Positions 44,619 to 56,261 of a stretch of 64,000 nt of DNA are shown piece by piece. The notes below the pieces were generated by a model. It was not told the origin of the DNA and searched no databases. It saw only the letters and a list, made by a program, of their open reading frames with translations. The DNA lies in contig NW_027361869.1 of the NCBI RefSeq assembly GCF_039654945.1, positions 2,480,001 to 2,544,000 of the forward strand, read 5' to 3'. The position numbers and the translations under genes were made by a program. How positions within the stretch are numbered: the first letter of the stretch is position 1; every line of letters begins with the position of its first letter. The stretch comes from Dendrobates tinctorius. Taxonomy: Eukaryota.

Positions 44619-45150
44619 ATGTGAGGAGATCCTCCTGCCTGGTAGGTAGACATACAGGATTGCCATGTTCTGCTATAGCAAGTTAAATATTATCTATTTG
44701 ATAGAAGCATTAATAAAAAAAAATTATTACCACCACTAGGTGGAGCTAACTGCATACTGAGTATACAATGCACTCTTTATTAATCCCTTCCCGACATCCA
44801 TCGTACATGCTAATGTATGGAGCGGGCTCAGAAGCTGAGCCTGCATCATCCCTGACAATTGTCGACTGTGTTACACAGCCAGCATCTGCCTCAGTAGCTG
44901 CGATTGGAGCTCAGCTGTCAACCCCTTAAATGCTGCTGTAAATCTCTGACAGCGGGCATTTAAGGTGAGCAATCCGGGTGAGCACTGTTTTGTACAGCCA
45001 TTATCCCCCTCGCCACATGATCGCGTGGTGCTGATTGTTTGCCATGGTAGTCAGGGGCCTGCAGTGTCTGTACTTTTGTGAAGCCCAGTAATCAGACGAT
45101 AACAGGTTTAAGTTCTCTAAAACCCATGGAGTACTACAAATAAGTAAATA

Positions 45151-45908
45151 ATTATAATCAGCAAAAATTGATCCAACAATTATCAATGTGCCTCACGCAA
45201 TGATATAAAATCCATCTATTCCATAGAAATGAATAAAGAACAGAAATAGCACAAATATAAGGAAAATACTACAAATAATTTTATTTCACAAGGAAAAATT
45301 TTTTGTAAATAACAAGAAAAATAGTCAAGCAAAGAAACACTCAGTGGTGGGACCAAAAAAGGCTATAGGCTACTTTAAACACATCAATGTAACAATAAAA
45401 AACAATAAATACCGGCCCTTTAAATGCTTGTAGCTAAGGGTTAATTATTTGTGACGCCCCCTTAAGAGGACGAAATGCGCGTCGGGGTGAGGGACGTGGC
45501 ATAAGGCTCCACACCTGTAAGCTTTTGTTTCTTATTTATCGTCATGGCTATGTGCTTTCAGCATTCGGGGATGAGATTTATTTTGTTCCAATGTTTTGTA
45601 CCAATTTATTAACCTATGGCTATTGTCGGGCTTAGTGCAATATTGGCGGAGGTGGACAAATAATTAACCCTTAGCTACAAGCATTTAAAGGGCCAGTATT
45701 TATTGTTTTTTATTGTTACATTGATGTGTTTAAAGTAGCCTATAGCCTTTTTTGGTCCCACTACTGAGTCTTTCTTTGCTTGACTATTTTTCTTGTTGTT
45801 ATTTACAAAAAAATTTTTCCTTGTGAAATAAAATTATTTTTAGTATTTTCCTTATATTTGTGCTATTTCTGTTCTTTATTCATTTCTATGGAACAGATGG
45901 GTTTTATG
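45151..45908. mobile_element. Penelope-like retroelement remnant: inverted terminal structure, degenerate hammerhead motif, 12-bp TSD
   Basis: Inverted arms 45205-45452 and 45656-45907; AATAAGTAAATA at 45139-45150 and 45909-45920; CCCC-CTTAAGA-GGAC-GAAA-TGCGC-GTC-GGGG at 45457-45487. Confidence 0.65.
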
Positions 45909-46030
45909 AATAAGTAAATAGTAAAAAAAAAAGTTAAAAAAAAATATAAATACCGGTGTATATATATGTAAAATATATACACACATGTATATAATATATA
46001 CAAATATATATACTATATATATAACATATA

Positions 46031-47345
46031 CAGTCATGACAGAAAGTGTTGGCACCTTTGAAATTGTTCCAGAAAATGAAATGTTTGTCCCAGAAAATTA
46101 TTGCAATTACACATGTTTTGTTACACACGTTTATTTCCTTTGTGTGTTTTGGACCAGCACAAAAAGAGAAGAAAAAGGCAAACTGGACATAATTTCATAA
46201 TACCCCAAAATCGGGCCGGACATAATTGTTGGCACCCTCAACTTAATATTTGGTTGTGCAATAAATAACTGCAATCAATCGCTTCGTATAACCATCCACA
46301 GGCTTCTTACACCTCTCAGCTGGAATTTTGGACCATTCTTTTTTTGCAAACTGCTCCTGGTCTCTCATATTTGAAGGCGCCTTCTCCCAACAGCAATTTT
46401 AAGATCTCTCCACAGGTGTTCTATAGGGTTTAGATCCGGACTCATTGCTGGCCACTTCAGGACTCTCCAGCGCTTTGTTTCCATCCATTTCTGGGGTGAA
46501 GTGTGTTTGGGGCCATTGTCCTGCTTGAAGATCCATGACCTAGGATGCAAACCCAGCTTTCTGACTCTGGGCCCAACTTTGCAACCCAAAATCATTTGGT
46601 AACCTTCAGAATTCATGATGCTTTGCACACAGTCAAGGCACCCAGTGCCAGAGGCAGCAAAACAACCCAAAAACCTCCACCATATTAGACTGTAGGTACT
46701 GTGTTCTTTTCTTTGTAGGCCTCATTACATTATCAGTAAGGAGTAGAATAATGTGCTTTATCAAAAAGCTCTATCATGATCTCATCTGTGCACAAGATGC
46801 TGTTCCAGAAGAATTTTGGCTTACTCATGTATATTTTGGAAAACTGCAGTCTACCTTTTTATGTCTCTGTGTCAGCATTTCATTCAAAAGTCGGCGGATT
46901 GTCCGCACTGACACTGATGCACCCTGAGCCGGCAGGACAGCTTGAAGCTCTTTGCAACTTGATTGTCGCTGCTTATCCACCATCCAGACTATCCTGCGTT
47001 TCAACCTTTCATCAATTTTTCTTTGCCATTCACGTCCAGGTAGATTAGCTACAGTGCCATGGGTTGTAAACTTCTTGTTTACGTTGCGCACAATGGACAA
47101 AGGACCTTCAATATCTCTGGGGATGGACTTGTCACCTTGAGATTGTTGATATTTGACAACAATTTGGGTTCTCAAGTTCTCAGACAGTTCTCTTCTCCTC
47201 ATTCTGTTCTCCATGCCTAGTGTGGCACACACAGACACACAATGCAAACATTGAGTCAACTTCTCCCTCTTTTCATCTGGTTTCAGGTGTGATTTTCATA
47301 TTGCCCACATCTGTTACTTGCCATAGGTGAGTGTGAACCAGCATA
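46031..47345 (-). mobile_element. Decayed Tc1 transposon, one end missing
   Basis: TA-CAGTCATGACAGAAAGTGTTGGCACC end. Minus-strand fragments RRRELSENLRTQIV..., GCFAASGTG, FKQDNGPKHT and WPAMSPDLNPIEHLW, with frameshifts. Confidence 0.9.
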
Positions 47346-47731
47346 TATATATAGTAAATCGCCTCTCTTTTCTCTAATAAAAAAAGATCTTTAAAAGTAA
47401 CCAATTTGGTATTGTCGTGTTCACAAAACTGTGATCTGACTAACCATAGAATGATTTAATCCATAAAGTAAAAAAGAGTTTGAAATGCCAGGATTGCCAC
47501 TGTTTGCTCGCTTCTCCTCTGCAAAATAAATGCAATAAAAAGTTAACAAAAAACATCATATTTACCCTAAAATGAGGTCAATAAAAACATCAACTTCTCC
47601 TGAGAAAAGCCATCCCACAGCTCAATTGTAGTAAATATAAAAAAAAGTTCAGTCTCAGAAAATAGCGACAAAAAATATATATTTTTTCTTCAAATTTCTG
47701 ACATTACCACTTAAATTAAAAAAATAAATAA

Positions 47732-47794
<63 letters not shown>

Positions 47795-50036
47795 TTTGTT
47801 ATCGGTGTAGTCACACTGACCCGGAAAATAATGTTATCAGGTCATTTTTATCATACAATAAACGCTGTAAAAACAAAATTCAAAAAACAGGGGCAGAATT
47901 GCAGTTTTTTGGTTATTTCATGGAACTTTTTCACATTTTCCATTGAATTATATGGTGAAATGAATAGCGCCATTCAAAACCCCAACTCTTCCTGCAAAAA
48001 ATAAGACCACATACTGCTATGTGAATGGAAAAATAAAAAAGTTATGGCTCTTGGAAGAAGAGGAGGAAAGAAACAAAAGTGCAAAACAAAATAAAAAGAA
48101 AAAACTGCATGCAGCGCGAATAGTATGCAGTGAGCTCCAAAGCTCCCTCTAGTGGTGGCTGCAATCAGAATCTTATAACTTAACTGCATGTTTACAGGAG
48201 ATTTGGAGCTCTGTATCGGCAAAACAAAGCATTAACCGCTATAAAGATATATTAGGAAATTAATTAGCACAGAATTTTATATAATCTTAGATTTAAAAAA
48301 ATATAAATAATTTTAGTATGTTTGAATTTTCGTGGCTGATTATCGATTTGAGTTTTTGATTTATGGAATTGTTATTTATTACGTTGGAATGTTATGTCTG
48401 ACTGCACTTTTTTTTCGGTGAAGTTCCTCTTGGCATCTAGACAACCTTCACATTGTTCCTGTTCTTCCGCTTGTCTTATACAGGGTCAGCCATGGAGTTT
48501 CCAAGAATGAATACCACATCCTGCCATCCTCTTCTGCTCACATCCATGCAGTCATCAGAATCGTCATTTCTAAAAAAAAACAAAACCATATGGTCACTGA
48601 CGTGTTTATATGTGACTTGTACCTATTTGTACTGTGGATTAAAGGCTTCATGGCACATTTATTGGATTGTTGCATGGTTTATCAGTACAGCCATTTACAT
48701 AGGATGGCCAGGGATTGAAGAACAAAGGGTCTTCCTTTTTTTTTCCAGAAACAGTGCCAATCTTCTGCAGTGGATGTGTTCGGTATTGCAGGTCAAAAGT
48801 AGGAACACAGTATGCAGTGAGCTCCATAGCTCCCTCTAGTGCCGGCTGCAGACAGTCACAATTTTATCATTTGACTAAGGATTTACAAGAGATTTGTAGC
48901 TCAGTAAGAACAAAATAAAGATAAATTGGGAAATTAATTGGCACAGAATTTTGGATCATATTACTTAAAAAAATATAATTTTAATATTTCTGAATTTTTT
49001 TAACTTATTTTCAAATTGAGCTTTTAATTTACAGGATGGTAATTTATTATGTCTCAATGGTATGTCTTGCTCTGACAATCTTTTTGTGAAGTTTTTCCCT
49101 TTTATGAATGAGACTGAGCTGCAATACCAGATTTGACATATGGACAAGAGTGGAGCTGTTGTCTGGAAAAGCAGGCATTCATTGTATTCTCCGACAACCC
49201 CTTTTATTAGTTCACATGACAGTTTTGCAACCCATATATGCAACTCTATAGGCATAAATGTCTATATAGCCCCCATCGTGGGTCATTTCTGACCCTAAAC
49301 TAATTAATCACTAATGAATCACTTATAATAGACCTGTATTGTTCCAATGTTATACGGTACATAGGATACAGTCACACTGCTCCTGGCAGGAATATTCCGA
49401 GGTAGACCCATAGTAGTGTCTACCAGGTGAACACACCCTGCATGTGTATACATAAGATTCTCCATTTTTTGGTTAATTCAGTGATCATGGACCCTATGGA
49501 TGAGACTGGTAATGAAGAGGAGCAAAGTCATAATCAAAGTGTGACAGTGTGAAATGACGTCTTTGGGTCAAGAACTACTCAAGGGTCAACCGTTCTAGAA
49601 GACCCTGGGGTCCATGAGAAGTGAATGACTTAGCTTAAATTGGCCCCTTCTTGACATAGTGGATAGAACTGTCTTTTTATGTTTTCCCGCCAAGGCCAAT
49701 TTTCATTTTTGCATTCTCAATTATTCCTTACCCATTCTTACAACAGTAATAACTTTTTTTAATGTTCCATCAACATACTCATTTTAGGGGTTGTTTTTTT
49801 TGCAGTTTTGAATGACCCCTGAAAACTTGCAAAAAAACACACACACAAAAAAAAATGAAATAAATTCCAAGTGTGGTGAATTCCATCATTGTTTTTAGGT
49901 TTTGTTTTTTTCACCAATTTTCTAAGTAAATATATATCTAAAGGTGCTATTGACCCAAAATTCTCACAAGATGTTAGAAACAAACCATCCAATACACACA
50001 GGCAAAAAAATCATACCATAGATGTCCATAAATTAA

Positions 50037-50992
50037 AGGGAATCTGTCACCCCATTTTTGGCCTATAGGATGCGGCCACCGCCATCAGGGGCTTATCTAC
50101 AGCATTCTGTAATGCTGTAGATAAGCCCCCTGATGTAACCTGAAAGATAAGAAAAACGAGTTAAGGCCCCGTCACACATAGCGACTCACCAGTGATCCCG
50201 ACAACGATATGAGCTTGTCAGGATCGCTGGTGTGTCGCTACATGATCGCTGGTGAGCTGCCAAACGGGCAGCTTCACCAGCGATCAGCACCAGCAACGAC
50301 GAGCGCACGTGTCGCTGTGTACCTTAGTTACCAGCTCACTGATCGCTGGTCTCCCGCCTGCCACGCGCAGCGATGCGTGCTGGCCAGCGGTAGACCAACG
50401 ATCGAAAAAATGTCCAGGGCTTTCCACAACGATCAGCGATACCCGGCAGGGGGGCGGTCGCTGAGAGGTGTCACACACAGCGATCTCACTGGTGAGATCG
50501 TTGTTGCGTCACAAAACTTGTGACTCAGCAGCGATCTCGCTAGCGAGATCGCTGTGTGTGACGGGGGCTTTAGATTATAATCACCTGGGGATCCTGTCTG
50601 ATCCGATGGGTGTCGCGGTCCAGTCCGGCGCCTCCCATCTTCAAACGATCTGCCCTGTTGAGGGCAGAGTAAAGTACTACAGTGCGCAGGCGCTGGGAAA
50701 GGTCAGAGAGGTCCAATGCCTGCGCACTGCAGTACTCTGCTCTGCCCTCAAAAGGTCCGATAAAGTACGCCTGCGCAGGAGCCGCGGCAGAAGTAAGAAG
50801 GAGGACGTCATCTCTAGAAGATGGGAGGTGCCGGAGTGGACCGCGACACCCACCGCACCCGCCCCCGCCCTCTGGTGAGTATTATCTAACTTGGTTTTCT
50901 TCTCTTTCAGGTTACATCGGGGAATACTGTAGATAAGCCCCAGATGGCGGTGGCCGCAGCTTTTAGGCCGAAAATGGGGTGACAGATTCCCT
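50037..50992. mobile_element. TTAA-targeting MITE (T2/Kolobok-like) inserted in the Tc1 inverted repeat
   Basis: TTAA-AGGGAATCTGTCACCCCATTTT and AAAATGGGGTGACAGATTCCCT. A related right end occurs at 190-208. Confidence 0.8.
50164..50569. mobile_element. Harbinger-like MITE nested in the previous MITE
   Basis: AGGCCCCGTCACAC and GTGTGACGGGGGCT, flanked by a TTA duplication (50161-50163 and 50570-50572). Confidence 0.78.
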
Positions 50993-53209
50993 TAAAGTTA
51001 TGTGCAATAATGAGAAATGACAGGGGAAAAATATTAAACACATTAAGAAAGAGAGGTGTAAAAAGCCGTGGAAAGTTATGACACCATCTGAAATCTACCA
51101 CTTAGTGAAAAAAAAAATATCAGCTGGTTCAACTGTGGCCTATAAAAAGGTGTCTCATTGCTAAGGTGCCACAGAAGAAACAATTCATGATGGGTAACAC
51201 AATTGAGCTGTCTCAAGATCTTCACAACCTTATTGTATACTGATCACGTTGGTTACAGAACAGCTTCAGGTTCCACTGAGCACTGTTGTAGCAATAATCT
51301 TGAAGTGAAAAGCCGGCCACGACCAGGTGTTCCACACATGATTTCAGGCAAAGGAGTGAAAGGAATTATCAGAATAGTTGACCAAGAACCAAGGACCACC
51401 TGAGGACAGCAACAGAAAGACCTGGATCGGCAGGTGCAATTGTTTTAATGAAAACTCTTGAGTAAAGCTTTCAACCTCAATGGGCTGTATGCTCGATGAA
51501 AAATTCATTGCTGAACATGAAGCATGTTCAAATGTGTTGCTCAACAACATTTAGACAAGCCTGTGAAATAGTGGGAGAATATAGTCTGGTCAGATGAGAC
51601 CAAAATTGAACTTTTTGTGTGCCATAATGCACGTTATGTTTGGAGGCCAAAAGGCGCTGCATATCACACCAAAAACACCATACCAACAGTAAAGAATGGA
51701 GGTGGGAGAATTATGCTGAATGGCTGTTTTTCAGCATACAGCACAGGCAAACTTCATATAAATAAAGCATTACTGGACAAATGTACAGAAACATTCTTGA
51801 TAAAAATTTGCAACCATCTACCAGGATGATGAAGATGAAGCGAGGGTGGACATTTCAGCAAGACAATGATCCCAAACACACAACCAAGGAAACTCACAAT
51901 TATTTTCAGATAATGAAAATAAAGCTGCGGGAATGGCCGAGCCGATCACCGGACATGAATCCAAGAGAAAATGTATGGACGGAACTAAAGCTCAGAGTTC
52001 ATAGAAGGAGACTTTAGGATGTGAAGTGTTTGTGTGGAGGAGTGAGCCAAAATCACACATGAGCAATGCCTGCGACTAGTTTCTCCATACAGGAGGCGTC
52101 TTGAAGCTTTTTCACTAAGAAAGGCTTTTGTATAATGTATTAAACAAATTTCAGTAAGCGTGTGCAATACTTTTTTCCTGTGTCACTTCTCATTATTACA
52201 CATAGCTTAATTTATGGACATCTATAGATGAATTCTTTGCCTGTGTGGATTGGATGGGTTGTTACCAACACCTGGAGAGAATTTCATGTCAATAGTGCCT
52301 TTAGAAATATATTTACTTAGAAAATTGGTGATGTGTTCAATACTTATTTCAGCTGCTGTATCCTACAATGGGAAGGGTTTAAAGACCAAGAAATAAAAAT
52401 AAAGTGGGGGGGCAATCATGGCGGCGTACCCCCTCTGCTTTCTCAGTAGCTCAGCTTTGGGAAGTATCAAGAGTCAACCTGCCTACTTAACATTTTGCAT
52501 ATTTTTTCACCAGCCTGCAACAAGCCCTAGTGGGAACCCGTCAGCTTGGAGATACCGTGCAATCTACCAGCAGCGCAGTATATCAGAACAGACAGATACA
52601 CAGATCAGTGGGACAAAATTACAACCCCATTCATCATTTACATTTTTTTTCTTTAAATCGCTTTTCTTTTTTTGTCTTGTATTATTTGTGGACTTTTTTT
52701 CTTGCACCAAATTCTTTAAACTTGGCACATGCGCAAAATAAAAATAAAAAATGCTCTTTATTTTTGCCTTTTACGCACCTTTTCTTAAAGCAAAAAGGCA
52801 TATGTTTGGCTTAAATGTTGCAAAATATACTAAAAAAAAAAGCAGGCTTACATAAAATTACTATGGGGGAGGAGGAGGCTGGACTGGAATACATTTGTAA
52901 AAAAATGTAACTTTTTGAAAAATTCACAATTGATGAATCAGCAATATTCTGCATCTGGAAAACAGAAACTACGTCTGCAGTGCAAAACATAACACAAGCA
53001 GGAGAACACATTGACTTAAAAAAGGCTCAAATTAAAAGAAAAATTTTAATAAAAAACAGGTGAAAAAAACATAAACTAGATGAAGAAAATGCAATAATGC
53101 AATAATGAATGGGGCCCTTTATATGTATTGTATTTTACTCATTCTATGGTTAGGAGTCCAGGGGGCGGTGCTACTCAGTAATGATAGATGAATAGATAGA
53201 TGGATAGAT

Positions 53210-54655
53210 AGTCTTTGTATGGGACTATCGGCTAAGATAGCTGCTGACCAAGCCATGGCTCCTTTGTATGGGACTATCGGCCGAGATAGCTGCTGGCTGA
53301 GCCAGGGCTCATTTGAATAGGGCAGTCGGGTGAGATAGCTGTCGGCTAAGCCAGGCTCCTCTCTACAGGACAATCAGGTGAAATATCTGCTGGCTGAGCT
53401 AGGGCTCTCTTTATGGGACTAATAGGTGAGATAGCTGCCAGCTGAGCCAGGGCTCCTCTGTATAAGACAGTTGGGTGAGATAGCTGCCAGCTGAGCCAGG
53501 GCTCCTCTGTATAAGACAGTTGGGTGAGATAGCTTCCGGCTGAGCCAGGGCTCCTCTGTATAGGACAGTCAGGTGAGATAGCTTCCGCCTGAGCCAGGGC
53601 TCCTCTGTATAGGACAGTCGGGTGAGATAGCTGCCGGTTGAGCCAGAGCTCCTCTGTATAGGACAGTCGGGTGAGATAACTGCCGGCCGAGCCAGGGCTC
53701 CTCTGTATAGGACAGTCGGGTGAGCTAGCTGCTGGCTGAGCTAGGGCTCTCTTTATGGGACTATCCGGTGAGCCAGGGATTCTCTGAATAGGACAGTTGG
53801 GCAAGATAGCTACAGGCTGAGACAGGGCTTGTCGGTATTGGACATGCGGACGAGATAGCTGCTAGCCAATCCAGGGCTCCTCTATATGGGATAGACTGGC
53901 GAGATAGCTGTCAGCTGAGCTAGGGCTCCTCTGTATCAGATAGTCGGACTAGATAGCTGCTGGCTAAGCCAGGGCTCCTCTGTATGAAACTATTGGGCGA
54001 AATAGCTGCCAGTCAATCCAGGGCTCCTGTATATGGGTCAGTTGGGAAAGATAACTGCCGGATGAGACAGGGCTCCTCTGTATGGGACTATTGGGCGAGA
54101 TAGCTGCCGGACGAGACAGGGCTCCACTGTATGGGACTATTGGGCGAGATAGCTGCCGGACGAGACATGGCTCCTCTGTATGGGATTATTGGGCGAGATA
54201 GCTGCCAGACGAGACAGGGCTCTAAAGTATGGGACTATTGGGTGAGATAGCTGCCGGACGAGACAGGGCTCCTCTGTATGGGACTATAGAGACAGATAGC
54301 CGCCAGATGAGACAGGACTCCTCTGTATGGGACTATTGGGCGAGATAGCTGCCGGACGAGACAGGGCTCCTCTGTACGGGACTACTGGGCGAAATAGCTG
54401 CCAGACGAGACAGGGCTCCTCTGTATGGGACTATAGAGACAGATAGCTGCCAGACGAGACAAGGCTCCTCTATATGGGACTATTGAGTGAGATAGCTGCC
54501 AGACGAGACAGGGCTCCTCTGTATGGGACTATTGAAAGAGATAGCTGCCAGACGAGACAGCGCTCCTCTGTTTGAAACAGTAGTGTGAGATAGCTTCCAG
54601 CTCAACTAGGGCTCTTCTGTTTTGGACAATAGGGTGAAATAGCTGCTGGCCGAGC
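53210..54655. repeat. 49-bp minisatellite (GGGCTCCTCTGTATAGGACAGTCGGGTGAGATAGCTGCCGGCTGAGCCA), about 29 copies, two subtypes
   Basis: Period 49 (for example 53451 and 53500). The 5' half carries CTGAGCCA/GACAGT and the 3' half carries ACGAGACA/GACTATT. Confidence 0.92.
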
Positions 54656-56261
54656 CCTTTTTCATCAGACAACCATCTTGAGTGTATGGGGTCTTTACTC
54701 TCACAGACACACACGATTTAATATGATAGTACTCATTGATGGCTGGTGGTCAGTGTGTGTAATCATGAAGGGTTAACCAGACTCCCATCAGCGGTGACCA
54801 ACATCTGGCAGTGATCAGGCCCTCTCTACTCCCAGCCCTAATCCCTTCAGTGGGGAAGGATCCTAAAACAGATCTTGGTGTTTTACAGCGACGTGTACAT
54901 TAAAGGTTTCGGATTTCAGAAAAAAGTAACAGCATTTTTTTTTTTATCCTGGGTTTCTGGGAATGAGAGGGGTGGAGAAGAGGAAGCTGGGAAGTGGCCT
55001 TCAGAAAAAATTAGGTCAGACATGCGGTGGAGGAGACAGGATGCTCAGTAAGTTTCTGGGGCCTGTAACTACTAAACTAGTGGTGGGATTATACTGATGA
55101 ATACAGTAGTGATGGGCCGGGGGGCCGAAAGAGGACAAACTTCTAAAATCACAGCAGTCAGTGATGTCGCCCAGCGCGTCCCGGGCGATTACTGTAAATG
55201 GTCAGCGAGGAAAACCATCTTATATTTCTTCCAGGTTTAATGCCGTTATCCATGATAATATGTGAATAGGGCGGAAAATAATCTGTTGTATTAGATGTAG
55301 ATAATTGTCACATTATATGTGTAAATAATGTTTTAATATCTATCTATCTATCTATCTGACCTTACTTGGGCTTTCATTCATTTGGCTGCCTTAACCCAAT
55401 GCAATGGATAAAGTAAGGTAATTTATCGGTGTCGCCCCCAGCACTCAGTGGCACATGTCTCCTTTGACCACCTAGCTACATTCTGATAAACGTTCATAGA
55501 AAAATGTCCTCCAACTTTCTTAAATCTCTAATTAACAAATATACATGAAAAATGAATAAACAAAGTCTAAAGATAGAAAAAATACGATACCAGATACCAA
55601 ATACGTTAAAATAAAATATTTGGTATCAGAGGGTGTGCGATTGCCTGGAGTAATTAAGTACTATAATATTTATTCCATGAACGACAAAATGAAAAAAAAT
55701 ATATAAAAATGTCACAATCGCTGTTTGGCTTTGGTCACTTTGCTATCAAAATATGACATAACAAGAAACGAGAAATTTATATAAACATCAAATTGGTAAA
55801 AATAAAAACTACAACTTGCGCTGAAAAAAAAGCAACAAGCCCCCTGATACAATACTATTGACTGAAAAATATAAAGTTATCGCTCTTGGAACGTGAATTG
55901 GAAAAGTAAAAACTGAAGAGAGGTCCAGGGGACGCTGACTTTGGCTAAACCTGGATCGGACCTTGTTGGGCTGGTGTACTTACACTTTCTGACAGTGTCC
56001 AATCGGTGTTGACAATATTGGGACACACCCCTATGACAAGGGAAATGGTTACACACATTTATTCGTAAATTTAAAAAATGAATAACAGATGAACAACATT
56101 GAGTAATCAGTAAAGATTCTCCAGAATTGTTATTTAACCACTTAGCTCATATGGACATAGCAGTACATCTGAACAGTGCTCCACAAGTGGGGAGGGTGAT
56201 CAGTAACTGAGCTCTCTTCACACGTCATCGATGCTGGCTGTGTTAAATAGTACTATGGGTT

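Larger units (their letters stand above)
49911..52358 (+). mobile_element. Decayed Tc1 transposon with long inverted repeats; left repeat interrupted by nested MITEs
   Basis: Fragments [32 protein letters not shown] and [15 protein letters not shown]. 49911-50032 is the reverse complement of about 52210-52331. The right end is ...CAGCTGCTG followed by TA. Confidence 0.88.
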
